A stretch of DNA of 64,000 nucleotides from Eledone cirrhosa (taxonomy: Eukaryota), in contig OZ024747.1 of the NCBI GenBank assembly GCA_964016885.1, positions 92,814,001 to 92,878,000 on the forward strand, given 5' to 3'. The notes under the pieces are model-generated. The model did no database searches. It was given only the letters and a program-made list of their open reading frames with translations, and was not told the origin of the DNA. The position numbers and the translations under genes are program-made. The stretch's first letter is position 1; every line of letters begins with the position of its first letter. Positions 38,365 to 51,682 of the stretch are shown one piece after another.

Positions 38365-38395
38365 CAACCATCTATATATATATATGGTTGCTTAT
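38165..38395. repeat. TAGGCAACCA motif x6 spaced by variable (TA)n, plus an inverted copy
   Basis: Read directly. Confidence 0.85.
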
Positions 38396-39131
38396 CGAGG
38401 GGATTAGATATACTTAAGTTCAAAACAGTGTACCACACTTTATTTAATTCTAATAGAGGTTTTTGTTTATATTTCACATTTTCTTGTATTATCCGCAGTA
38501 TTTTAATTTTTGACATTGAGTTTCAACCTGTATTTTGGAAACACCAATTACAGGAGTTTTTTTCTTTTTGTTTCTTTTTGTTTGTTTGTTTTTTGTTTTG
38601 TTTTGTCTTCTGTTGTTATTTTAGGTTTAATATCAGTTACTTTCAAATTATACATATCTTATATTTATATTCTAAGATAAAATATAAAGCATACAAAATG
38701 TTAAATTTAAGTAGGTAGTTGAAATGGTTTGCTATAGTATTTTTATCGTTACTTTTTTGTTGTTTTCTGGTTATTTAGGTTATTGCAAACATTCTGTCTA
38801 CTGTTGCCTCATGTTCAATATTATTAGTATTTTTGTTTTATTGTGTAGTTGGTCAGTATGAACCTTATGATAATGAAAAGTATGTTATTTTGTCATCTTT
38901 GTAGTTTTTTATGTCTTGCTCTAGAGACTTAGGGGTCCAGGTAAAACTGGTATAATATATGATGGATTGAATAAATTGGAGTTTTGAAGAGATGTTGTAT
39001 GTAATTTGTGGTATTTTTCCCTGTTATATATGTGGTGTATTTATGTTAAGTATGATGGCTGGTTGTAATTGGTGTTCTCTGATGTTGCTGATATGTAAGG
39101 AGATGGTGGTTCTTGACAGGTGCTAGTTTAA

Positions 39132-39312
39132 TCCTTTAGCATCTAAACCAGCCATATCCGATCAGAATTCTCTTACCTCTTTCTGTTCAAACTGGCTGTA
39201 ACCAGCCACACATACTGATGTTAAGCTATTGTTCTCAAAATAAATAATATCAAAATCTCATAGATTCGATATTATGTGATGTAAGCCTTTACCATGTAAA
39301 TACAATAGTAAA
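39132..39312. mobile_element. piggyBac-type MITE family 1 (right end lost)
   Basis: Internal sequence matches the family. Confidence 0.7.
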
Positions 39313-39841
39313 AAAAAGCTTCCATCATAATCTTGTGTAAGAATCTTTGTTAAGTTATGCTCCACCAGCATAATAATGGAAAAGTTAGTTATATTACTAA
39401 ATCTTTCCAAATTCTAAATTATTTTCAAAATCAGAGACAGTCTTTCATTATAAATATAACCAAAGGATTAGCTATACAAGAACCCCTTGTCATTGGCAAC
39501 ACATTAAGAAGTGAAGTTAGTAGAGAACTGAACATGAGTGTAACCAACAGTTGATTAGTACCAACATGTTCATTGGTTTTTCTTGTATCTCCATTTATTC
39601 ATTTTATTCAGAATGCCAGAACCACCCATCAAGTCTTGTTAGTACAAAGTAGAATTGATATATAACTCATTATAAAATTTTAACCCATCTGATACCAGCC
39701 TTTCCAAAACTACTTCTGTTTAGATGAAACAAAAACAATTATTTTAAAAGGTTCCTATTTAAATCAAGACATTCACACATAACTTAATATAAGAACCTTT
39801 TGATAAATTTTGTTACAAATACCACCTTCTTTTCTTTGCTC

Positions 39842-40095
39842 ACTTATTCCTGGGAGTCCTTCCAGCGAGTCCTGTCAGAAGCAACTGTCTCCAACTGATC
39901 CAACTGGATCCCCAAGTGTGACCAACCAAGCTCATGGATGTTATCAAACCACCTTGCTCGGGGTCTACCCCTGGGTCTCCTACCTGTTGGTTTTGCTTGT
40001 AAAATTTGTCCAGCAATTCTTTCCTGAGACATTCTAACCACATGCCCATAGTATTGGAGCTGTGATCTCTGGATTTGGAGAAGTAGCAGCTCCAC
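39842..40095 (-). mobile_element. RTE family 2 3' end
   Basis: LLLLQIQRSQLQYYGHVVRMSQERIAGQILQAKPTGRRPRGRPRARW. Confidence 0.85.
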
Positions 40096-40539
40096 CAAAA
40101 TTGTAGAAATAATGAAATAATTAATAATTTTAGCAAATCCAAACTCTTCATGAATTAATTGAAATACAGTGTATTTCATTAGAAATATGGTCACTGAAGG
40201 ATTAAAGCATGATTAGACATTTCCCAATAAATAATGCTTCAATTTAGCTGTTCTTAAAATCATTGAAGAGTAAAACTGTTAAATTACATATTCCTTTCTA
40301 TGACCACTAAAGTGATGTCTGTTTGTTGTTCAACATAAGATAAAACAGATTTGTTTCAGTGATATTAAGATAAATATCTTCTGCAGAAAATTTCTGAAAC
40401 AACTTGGACATTTTCTGATATCAATCTGCTTGAGACCACCACTGGTTAAATGCTATGAAACCTCTTGTTTTAAAGTTTTCATATTTAAACTAATCTTTCT
40501 ATCATACTTTTCTTTTAAGTTATGTTCTAAACATCAAAT

Positions 40540-41505
40540 TAATAATTGTTTCTATTTCTGGTACAAGGCCAGCAATTATCCCAGTGTATTACTGGTACTT
40601 TATTTTATCGACCCCGTAAGGATGAAAGGCAAAGTTAACCTGGGCGGGATTTGAACTCAGCCATAAAGGGCCGTAGCTTTTTGCTGCAAAGCATGGAATC
40701 CGACCCTCTACCGATACTGCCAATCCACCGCCCTAAAAACATCAGATTAATAATGGTTTCTGATTTAGGTATATGGCCAACAATTTTGGATGAGAAGAAA
40801 GTCGATTAAATAGACCCCAATGCATTACTGGTACATTATTTTAATGACCCTATAAGGATAAAAGGCAAAGTTAACCTTGGCAGGATTTGGACTCAGAACA
40901 TAAAGGGACATAACTCTATATTTCAAAGCATGTTGTCCGTCGTTCTACCAATACTATCAATCCACCAGCTTAATAATTGTTTCTGATTAAGGCACAAGGT
41001 CAACAATTTTAGGGGAGTTTTAGAAAGTTGATTAAACCAACCCCAGTGCATTACTGGTACTTTATTTTATCGATCCTATTAGGATGAAAAGCAAAGCTAA
41101 CTTCAGTGGGATTTGAACTCAGAATATAGAAAGTCGTAACTCTATGCCACGAAGTAGGGTGTCCAATACTCTACCGATACTGCCAATCCACCACCCTTTC
41201 CACCAGCTTAATAAGGATTTCTAGTATAGGCACAAGGCCAGTAATTTAGGGGGGAGGGGAAAGTCGATTAAATCGACCCCAGTACATTACTGGTACTTTA
41301 TTTTATCGACCCTGTAAGGATGAAAGGCAAAGTTATCCTCGGCAGGATTTGAACTCAGACCATAAAGGACCGTAACTCTGTGCTGCAAAGCATGGTGTCC
41401 GACGCTCTACCGACACTGCCAATCCACCACCCTTTCCACCAGTTTAATAATTGTTTCTACTTTTGGCACAAGGCCAGCAATTACCCAGTGTATTACTGGT
41501 ACTTT
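40540..41505 (-). mobile_element. Head-to-tail array of four full and one partial family A SINEs
   Basis: Units start at ~40540, 40749, 40970, 41209 and 41445. The four full units each have the core and end in CAATCCACC. Confidence 0.9.
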
Positions 41506-41769
41506 CAGTTTAATAATGAAAGATAATTATTGCACTAAATCCTCCAAATTCTTGGTTATATTCAAAATTAAATGAAACACATGATCAATGATTCCATCAT
41601 AACTGTAATAATAGAACTGTTAAGTGTTGGCCAACTACAATGTGCCATCCAGACAGCCAACCATAAGACACTTTGGAATCATTGTAATCAATCCAACATT
41701 TTAGTTAACTCATTTGACTTTACACATTTGAAATATTTATCTTTGAGAGTATTATTTAATAACCACCTT

Positions 41770-41985
41770 GGTGGAGTGGCAGAATCGGTAGAGCATCAGA
41801 CAACATGCTTTGCAGCATAGAGGTAACAGCTGTTTGCATTCTGAGTTCAAACCCTGCCGGAGTTAGCTTTGCCTTTCATCCTTATGGGGTTGATAATATA
41901 TAGCACCAGTAATACACTGGGGTCGATTTAATCGACTTTCTCCTCCCCCAAATTGCTGGCCTTGTGCCTAAATCAGAACCATTAT
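41770..41985 (+). mobile_element. SINE family A
   Basis: Complete head, core and tail. Confidence 0.85.
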
Positions 41986-43001
41986 TTAATTACAATCTCA
42001 CAGTCAGAATCCTTACCAAGTACTTAGATTTGTTCAATGTTTGAAAGTGTCCTTTGTGTAATGTCCATTCCTTTCATAGTTTATCTTGCTACTACAGCAA
42101 GTATTTGATCGTAAATTTCAGTTATTTCAACCAGCCAATGATAATTGTTGGTTTTTGATTGTGTCAATGAAGGCAATTTAATTAGTTAGTTACAATATTT
42201 ATGTCTCGACTTAGCAAACATCTGAAATTTTACAAAATCAAAACAACAAAAATAATATATTTTTTGAATTAAGAAATTGTTTTAAATTTCTATTCTATCT
42301 GAATAAATCTTTTCAAAAATTAGAGGAAACTAGTTGCAGGTTGTAGGAGAAAAAGTCACCTTAAAATATTAAAAAGGAAAAATGTAATATATTGGTGTGC
42401 CTTAAGAAAAACATCTAATATGTTAGACCTGTCATCAGAAAATGAGAAATTATGAAATAATTTTCACAAATAATAGTAATAAAACAAGAGAAAAATAAGT
42501 AGAAGCAGTAAGAGAAGGAGAAAAGGTGAAATAGAAAAGAAGATTGACCTAAAGTTGAGTGCAAAGAGCAAGGCAAAAGGTAAAAGAAAATAATTACATG
42601 ACTAAAATATATACGAAGGTCAAAAGAATGGTAATAGATTAACAGCAAGCCCATGAATTAGACAGATGACTAAGCTTTATTCTGAGATCTATTCTATATA
42701 TGAAGTAACTATTGTTACAAACTGGAATTTATTTGAGAGAGAGAATATTTTATATTTGTCAAGAATATCCTTTATTTGTCTAAGATATGAAAAATGGAGA
42801 AGTCATTGTATCATAATTAATGTAACAATTCCTTTACAGGAACATTAGAAAATAAATATAACCTAATTCAATGTTTTAATTAGAATTTTGACCTTTTTGA
42901 TACCAAACTACCAAAAACTGTCCTTGTTTTTATGATATAAAACTGTGTTTATATTTATCTAAAAAACTTCCTTCATAATTTTTTGTTAGAACTGCTCTTA
43001 A

Positions 43002-43222
43002 CCCTTAAGCATTTAATCCAGCCATATCCGGCAAGAATTCTCTCACCTCTTTCTATTTAAACCAGCTGTAACCGGCTGCTCATACTGAAGTTAAGGTATT
43101 GTTCTCAAAATAAATAATATCAAAACCTCATAGATTCGATATTATGTGAGATAATTATGTGAGGTAAAGCCTTTACCGTGGATATATAATAGTAAATATA
43201 GAGTAATATAAATACTAAAGGA
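43002..43222. mobile_element. piggyBac-type MITE family 1 nested in a family 2 MITE
   Basis: TTAA on both sides; family 2 sequence continues on both flanks. Confidence 0.8.
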
Positions 43223-43681
43223 TTAAGTTATTCTCCAAACACCAGCCCAATGATGTATAAGTTAGTTATATCATTAAATCTCTCCAAATTCTTGATTATT
43301 TGAAAAACATCTCATGTTCAAATCTTGTCAGGTTTGAGGTTGTCTTTAATAACTCCAGGTGTTATAAAATATAATATTACTCATGTACTGATATTGATTT
43401 CATATATTCTATCTCTCTACAATAAATTGTTTGGCATTAACCAATGAAAGATGACAATATCATTTACACAGCAGACAAAATACCTTGTAGATTCTAATTT
43501 CATCTCCTTACCTTCTGAGTTCAAATCTCATAGAGGTTCTCTTTGTCTGTCATTATTCAAAGGTTGATAAAAAAAAGTACTATTTATATACTGTTTCAAT
43601 TTAATAACCTATTCCCAGAGTAATTTGTATTGGAAATCATTAGGATTAATATTAGCACTGTCATTTGTGTCACCTCCTTAA

Positions 43682-43899
43682 CCCTTTAGCATTTAAACCG
43701 GCCCTATCTGGCCAGAATTATCTCACCTCTTTCTGTTCAAATCGACAATAACCAGCCACTCATATTGACATTAAGGTATTGTTCTCAAAATAAATATCAA
43801 AATCTCATAGATTCGATATTATATGAGATAATTATGTGAGGTAAAGCCTTTATTGTGAAAATATGATAGTAAATATAGAGTAATGTAAATGTTAAAGGG
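43682..43899. mobile_element. piggyBac-type MITE family 1
   Basis: TTAA|CCC…GGG|TTAA. Confidence 0.9.
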
Positions 43900-44649
43900 T
43901 TAAGTGATTACATATCTATATTTTCAATAATTATTGCTCATGTAGCTTGAAATTTCTAGTCTATTAACTTTAACTTTCAACATTCTATTGCAAACTGTAG
44001 AGTTAATAGTCTGGAAATTTTAAATTACTCTAGCAATTATGTATCCCAGAAAACAAAATTGGATAAAGTGGTGGAGGCTAACAAAAGGCAAAACTTCATA
44101 AAGGATTTGACAAAGAATCATGACAGGTGGTAATACATTGTTTTGAAGAAAACCTATTTACCTTGGCAAGCATCACAAAATTGTTAAAATAATGTTGGTG
44201 ATAGGAGATCTCTTAAATACTATATTCCTGCTGACTCTAGACACTTTTGCACACAACTTTTAACAGCTGAGAGAGAAACTGCTACACTGAATTGTCTCCA
44301 TTCCATTTCAATGTCATAAGTTTGTTCAGAGAGTTCTCTAAATTTGAATGCATATCTGCATAGTCCTAACCTTCTCATCAGCCAGCATTTCCCACTTTAT
44401 GCCATAGGTTGAGCTGGACATGACAGTTTGGGGGGGTTTTCTTGACTTTAGGTAGTCACAGATTACAGATAATTCAGTTCCCTCTCTTAACCTGAACATC
44501 CAGTACAGAATCAAAGAGATCAGAGACAATGAGAAAATCAATTACTGATCTCTATCTCCAATTTCTCTTATACCTTGTATATTTATGGATATCTTTGTGC
44601 TGGAAGGTGTTCATAATATAGAGCCCATTATTTGAACTGAAGTCTAATA

Positions 44650-45050
44650 CACCCTTTTTATTTGAATTTAGATCAGGGTGGCCTTTCCTTCAAATCATTC
44701 CTTTCCGTGTGAAGTAATTGATGCCAACATGTGCATTGCAGTCTCCTGGTTGGCAGATAAACTTGCACCATCGGGGACTTGTGAGTATCCCCAAAGAAGA
44801 AGAACATTCCATGCACTGTCCTCTTTCATCTGTTAACCACCCTCTATTCACTGTACCCTGCTGCCTATATAACAAGGGATGGTATTGGAGCTGTCCATAT
44901 CAAATCCCCTACCTACAATAACTCTTTATCACTCTACCTTTCTTCTACCATGACATCTGTATAATGAGGGATGGCATCAATACCTCTTACCATTACTTTT
45001 CTTCACTCGCTATCATTCTCTTTTTCCTGTAAAATCCTTCATTGACATCC
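44650..45050 (-). mobile_element. Very decayed RTE-type APE endonuclease remnant
   Basis: PGDCNAHVG corresponds to the RTE GDFNAHVG motif. A similar plus-strand remnant (LVGDLNINV) lies at ~7753. Confidence 0.45.
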
Positions 45051-45087
45051 ACCACCTACTATTAACATTACCCAACATTATTGCAAT

Positions 45088-45230
45088 GTTCCGAGTTCAA
45101 ATCTCGCTGAGGTTAGCTTTGGCTTTCATCCTTGTAATATATAGCACCAGTAATGCACTGGGGTCGATTTAATCAACTTTCCTTCTCCCACAAAATTGCT
45201 GGCCTTGTGCCTAAATCAGAAACCATTATT
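45088..45230 (+). mobile_element. SINE family A (5'-truncated); an opposite-strand older SINE lies at 45588-45750
   Basis: B-box, core and tail matches. Confidence 0.75.
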
Positions 45231-46126
45231 GCAATCCTTCAACTCTCTCTCTCTTCCTCTCTCTCTCTCTCTCTCACTCTCACTCCCTTTCTCTCTCTCT
45301 CCCGTTTCTCCCTCCCTTCTCTCTCTCACACACACCTCACACCACTCTTTGTTTACATAGCTAACTCTATTATTTCTTGCCATTCATCTTTCTCCTTTGC
45401 TTTCTCCTTTCATCACCCCTCTCTGCCCCTCAATAGGGACACCATATTGACATACAACATTTCTTGGGCATTTTTTAAAGCCTGGTGGAGTCCATCTCCT
45501 CTCCAGGCCTGAGTACACCAGATTTATTCCAGAGAAAGATAGAAAGTGAGAGAGAGGAAATGAGAAAGAGATATAGAGGAAGAATCCACCCCAGTACTAG
45601 ATTGGTACTTCTTTTTATCGACCTCGAAAGGATGAAAGGCAAAGTTGGCCTCGGTGGGATTTGAACTCCAAGAGCAGAAATCAGATAGCCAGAACAAATA
45701 CCATAAAGCATTCTATCCGATGTTCTAACAACTCTGCCAATTTGCCACCATATTGGACTGTATCTTTATCTAAAATGTGACCTATTACTAATGTTCGACA
45801 TGGATATTTATGTAAGCATAAATTTGCCTTTTAATATCTGTAGAAGCAAATAAGAGAAGTTAAAAATTTGAAATCTTATGTTTTTGGTTTTGCTTCTTTT
45901 TTTGTTTGTTTTTTTTTGTCTATATTATTATATTTTTAATCTCTGCTTTGATATATTGACAGATATTCGTAATTTTCTTAAAACAATTATTCATTGAGAG
46001 TTCTTTTTTACTATCAGTTTATTTTTAATTTGTTATGATGATGATGATGATGTTATTAGGTTTATGACCAAAAGTTCACTTCTGTTTTTTTGTTGTTTAC
46101 ATTTGTTTTCTTATTTGGTAATTTTT

Positions 46127-46450
46127 ATCATCATCATCATAGCCATCATCATCATCATCATCATCATCGTTATCACCATTATCATCGTCATCACCATCAT
46201 CACCACTATCACCATCATCGTTTTCATCATCATCTTCTTTATCATTAACATCATCTTCATCACCATCAATTTCATCATTATCATCATCACCATCATTCTT
46301 ATCATCCTCATCATCATTACCATCATCATCGTCGTCACCATCATCATCATCATCATTACCATCATCATCATCGTCACCATCATCCTCATCATCATCATCG
46401 TCTTTATCATTGTCATCATCATTATTACCATCATCATCGTCACCATCATT

Positions 46451-46512
<62 letters not shown>

Positions 46513-46590
46513 TCCCATCATCATCCCCATCATCATTATCATCATCATCATCATTATCATCATCCTCATTACCATCAACTTCTTCATCAA
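46127..46590. repeat. Degenerate (CAT)n trinucleotide array
   Basis: Read directly. Confidence 0.95.
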
Positions 46591-48234
46591 AATATAATGC
46601 TTTGTTGCCATTCTAAATTGGTTCTGTTGGTGTCTGGCATTCATTAGCTGTTAGTGACTCTTAGGTCAGCTAATCATTGGGTTAAGAAGATTAGATAAAA
46701 CATAAAAAAAATGAAGATATGTCTATAGACAGGAATAAAATTCTAATATTGATTTACCTACCCAATGATTATGATTTCTTCATTACAATTTTATATATCA
46801 TTTCAACTCTAGTGACTTATTGCTACAGAAGCTGCTATTGCTGCTGCTGCTATTGTTCTTCTTCTTGTTGCTGTTGTTCATTTTACATTAAGTATTTGGA
46901 GGAAAAGACAGCAATTAATCAGTAAGGAAATTTTATATCAAATATCAAGAAATATCAATAAGAAATATTTTACTTTTACTTTTCTTTGATTGTTGTTGTT
47001 TTTATTTTCTGATTATATACATTTCTAAGGGTGTTTCCTAACATATGTACTTATACTCATTACTAAAGAACATACATATTCATATATGCAGATAGGCTAT
47101 GTATGTATTAAAAGGTTAAGGAGCAAATAAAAATTACAATAGAAGTTCTTTTAATTTTAATTTATAGACTTAAGAATACCTATTTACTTTTCTTTCTTAC
47201 ACTGTAACTACTTATCTGTTTGATGTTGACCAATCAGCAAATTAAAAGTTGTCAATATATTTTTTAGATACCATCAGCCTAATTTCATTTATTCAGTTTT
47301 ATTTTATTTATACAGTTTACACTTTTTTGTTACAAAAGATTTCATAATGGATATTTAAAACTCATTTAGTGGATGGTAGGAATGGTATAGAACTAAACAA
47401 TATTCTTGTGGTATCTATTTAAATCCCTTTATTTTCTGAGTTCAAACTTCACTAGAGTCAACTTTGCTTTTCATGTTTCTGGGGTTTATATAATAAGTCA
47501 CAGTTAGGTATCTGATCAATTTGAAATTGATTGTGCCCTCTTTCAAAATCATTGATATTGTGCTAATGTTAGAATCTATTTTATTATTTTGATGCTCTTC
47601 TAGTAGTGGAGGGAAAAAGCAGTAACATATAGAATACATGAACGTGCACCACATAGTAGTTAGGGTGTTAATATTGTGAGTGTAATTGTATGAGTTATAG
47701 TTCCAGTGCCACATTGTGTTTTTAAACAAGACACTTTATTTCCCATTGGCAAAAATGTGCCTCTAATTCAAAGAGCTAGCCTTGTCACCCACTGTACAAT
47801 GCTGAATCTCCCTAAGAATTACGTTAAGCTTACACAGGTCTGTAGGATGCTCAGCTTCTTCATCATCATCATCACCATTGTTTAACATCTGCTTTTTCTG
47901 CGAGTAAGACCACACTGTATAGCAGTAGTGCTGATGCCCTGATAAAAAGCACCCAATACATGGAATGAAGTGGTTGACTCTAAAAAATGTATCCAGCTGT
48001 AGAAGCTATACCAGAATGGAACATATGAGTGTAACAGTCATCTAACCTATGTAGGCATGGAACATTTCTCAATCTAATCTATCAAAATGTATCATTTTAA
48101 ACAGAATTGTTCACACAGGAAAGCTTCACATTTCCCTGTTGGTAGTATAGTGACTGTTACATTAGATACTATAAAGGTAATGTAATTGTCAGACATAATG
48201 AAACACAATCACATGTCTCTTAGGTGGAGTTAGA

Positions 48235-48645
48235 TACAGTCAAATATAGACACATGTAACAACTCACAGTCACATGTAACACGTTACAGTCACATGAGCC
48301 ATGGCACAGTCACATGAGCCCAGACACAGTCACATGAGTCAGGTCACAGTTACATGAGCCATAACACAGTCACATGTGCCAATTCACAGTCACAGTCTCA
48401 TGTAACAAGACACAGTGACATGTAACAAGACACAGTCACATGTAACAAGACAGTCACATATAACAAGACAGTCACATGTAACAAGTCACAGTCACATGTA
48501 ACAAGACACATTTGCATGTAACATGACAGTCACATGTAACAAGACACTGTCATATGTAACAGGACACAGTCACATGAGCCCAGACACAGTCACATGATCT
48601 CAGACACAGTCACATGTGACAAGACACAGTCACATGGCTCAGTCA
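48235..48645. repeat. 20-bp minisatellite ACACAGTCACATGTAACAAG, ~20 copies
   Basis: Read directly. Variants include …CATGAGCCCAG. Confidence 0.9.
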
Positions 48646-48869
48646 GATATGTACCAAGTCTAATCTCTTAAATGAAGACATTTTCCACATGATTCTAGCA
48701 GCAGCCTTTATTTTTTCATATATAATATAATTAAACCATACAAAAATATTGCTACAGTATTGAGAACGATTGCAAAATACTATTATGTAGGCTTATAGCT
48801 CAATATAATTCATGTTAGCATGAAAAAACAGTAAAGATTTAAAAGCATACACACACACACACACACATG

Positions 48870-48947
<78 letters not shown>

Positions 48948-49472
48948 CACCCTTGCAAGCAGGGAAAAGCAGACGTAAAATGATGACGATGATGATGATA
49001 TATAGATATAGTTATATAGATATAGATATATATATAAATTAAAAGTGACAAAGGCACTGTATGGTTACTAATAAATATATATATATTATATATGTACACA
49101 TACATATATATAAATATGTACATATACATATGTATATATATACATATACATATATACACACATATATATATATATATATATAAATATGCACATACATATA
49201 TACATATACACACACATACACATATATATATAAATAGTATGAATTGATAAACAGAAAGTAATACAATCTGTATAATCCTCACCTGCTTTGAATATGTCAT
49301 GAAGAGGTGCAAGGCCATTATAGAAACTGAGAAAAACAATTATATCATTTTAAATTACAATGAACGAACATGGCTTAGTGGTTAGGATGTAGAACTGATG
49401 ATTATAAGGTTGCAGGTTCTCTTCCTGAACTGGGTGGAGTGTGGTCTTCTTCTTCTTATTATTATTATTATT

Positions 49473-49776
49473 GTGTCTGTAAATTAAAGGTGGAAAACTG
49501 GGAGAGGGCACTTGCCCTGGTGGTCAGGGTCACTGTGGCCTTTTAATGGGCTTTCTCCGCAAATGTCCCTCCGAAGTTTCCCCTCTATTGGGGAATTTTT
49601 CATTGTTATTTTTATTACATCCTCTGTTTTTGTTTTTTTACACACAGAAATGCCCATTTGTACCGTCCTGTATTGTCCTGTACTGTCCTTAATGTCTACT
49701 TTATGTAAACCCTTGTGGTTAATAAAGAAATCATTATTATTATTATTATTATTATTACTATTATTATTATTATTAT
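49473..49776 (+). mobile_element. Tx1-like 3' UTR fragment with (TTA)n on both sides
   Basis: Close match to 296-617. Confidence 0.85.
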
Positions 49777-51581
49777 AGTTGCATTTATCTTGCTTTATGT
49801 TCATATGAGTTATCACCAAGTCACAACCCGTGACCTCAAGAGACAACAAGGTCTGCCATGTTCAACATACACACACATGCATCTTTAGGTGTTTAGACTT
49901 GTGATGTACTTATATTGACAGAAGCTTCCTTAGTATATGGGCAGTTCCCATTAGTACTATCTTTTGTATTTCTCCTATACGCGGGTTTCCTGGGATTTGA
50001 GATAAGTAATCATTAGACCCCTTAGGTATCATTCCTAGAGCGCCTACAACCACTGGTATTGTTTTAGTTCTCAATTTCCACATTTTTCCAATTTCTATCT
50101 CCAGGTCCTTATACTTGCTCAATTTTTCAAATGTTTTTATAGATACATTCTTGTCTATTGGAACGGACATATCAATTAGCAGGCATACCCTCTTTTTAAA
50201 GTCCTTCAGTATTATATCAGGTCTATTTGTATCTATTTTTCGGTCTGTTTGGATGCTAAACTTCTACAAGATTGAGATGTGATCTTTTTCAAGTATGGGA
50301 GGTGGTTGATGCTCCCACCAATTCTTTTGATGGGGCAGGTCAAAATGCTTACACATTATCCAATGTATGTATTGTACAGCTCTGTCATGCCTGTTTAGGT
50401 ATTCGGTTGGAGCTATAGGACTGCACATTGAAATTATATGGTCAATGGTCTCTGGTTGTTTTTTGAACACATGGCATAATGGGCTCCATCCATTTTTTAT
50501 TATGTTGGCTTGGTAATTTTTTGTTGGCAGACACTGATCTTGTGCTGATATAATCAGTCCTTCAGTCTCCGATTTCAGTCCAGAGGATGCCAACCGCTGG
50601 TGGGTTAAAGTTTTGTCAACATCAGGATTGTTAGCTCGCTCTAGGTATTTTCCATACAGAGGCTTTTCTTGCCATTTCTTAGCCAGTTTCTGTAGCAGTT
50701 CTTTCTTTGCAGTTACTTTTACCTGCTTTGCTTTTTCTGTGTTTTCCATTTCAGCAGTAAATGGGACTTCTGAAATTTGTAGTCCATTACTGTATCTTTG
50801 TGCATCTTTTGTAATGGAATATGATCTTTTGATGCTTTCGTGTTTCAAAACGAGTTTGATCATCCAATCATGTGATTCCCTTAGATATGTAGATAATCCA
50901 ATTGTTGCAGTTTTCAACGCAATGTCTAACTGGACTAACCCACGTCCTCCTTCTTTCCTAGGGAGATATATTCTATCTATATCTGCCTTAGGGTGATGCA
51001 TTCTGTGCATGGTTAAGAATTTTCGAATTTTTGTATCAAGCCTACGGATCTCTGTGCTTGACCAGTTGATGACATTGTAACTGTAGGTTACTACTGGTAT
51101 GGCAAGCGTGTTTATGGCATCGATCCTATTCCTTGCATTCAATTCCGTTCTTAAGATTGCTCTTACTCTGCGGTAACATTCCTTCCTTATCCTTTCCCTC
51201 ATTGTCGAGTGCTTGATTTCGTCTCCTTCACAAACACCTAGATATTTGTAAGTTTTTTCTTGATCAAGTTCTCTTATCACGTTCCCCCGATCAAGATTAA
51301 TGTCTGAACTCTTCAGCAGCTTTCCTCTGGTGAACGTTGCTTTGGCGCATTTATCTAGTCCAAACTCCATTTTAATGTCATCACTGAACTGCTCCACAGT
51401 GGATAATAGCCCGTGCAATTGTTCATCATTTTTTGCAAATAGTTTCAGGTCATCCATGTAGAACAAGTGATTAATGGTTTTGTCATAGACTCTATATCCA
51501 TGTTTTGTTTCATTGAGCATTTTACTTAATGGTATAAGTGCGATGCAGAATAAAAGCGGTGATAAAGAGTCACCCTGAAAA
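49777..51581 (-). mobile_element. Dong/R4-clade non-LTR retrotransposon, copy 1 (RT, CCHC, restriction-like endonuclease), 5'-truncated
   Basis: FQGDSLSPLLF, HLFYMDDLKLF, YKYLG, RKEGGRGL, ETIDHIISMC…RHD and NRPDII…IDMSVP…KLSKY. There is a premature TAG at 50264 where copy 2 has W. Flanked by (TAA)n. Confidence 0.92.
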
Positions 51582-51624
51582 ATTCTTCTTATTATTCTTC
51601 TTATTCTTCTTATTCTTCTTATTC

Positions 51625-51680
<56 letters not shown>

Positions 51681-51682
<2 letters not shown>

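Noticed and set aside
38165-38395. CRISPR-like repeat-spacer appearance (also 48235-48645 and 40540-41505)
   Set aside because: The spacers are (TA)n or homologous to one another, there are no cas genes, and the context is eukaryotic.
46064-46644. Poly-Ile, poly-Met and poly-Ser ORFs
   Set aside because: Artefacts of the (CAT)n array.
50264-51520. 418-aa ORF as a functional protein
   Set aside because: It is a Dong/R4 fragment truncated inside the RT, with a premature stop and a damaged CCHC finger.
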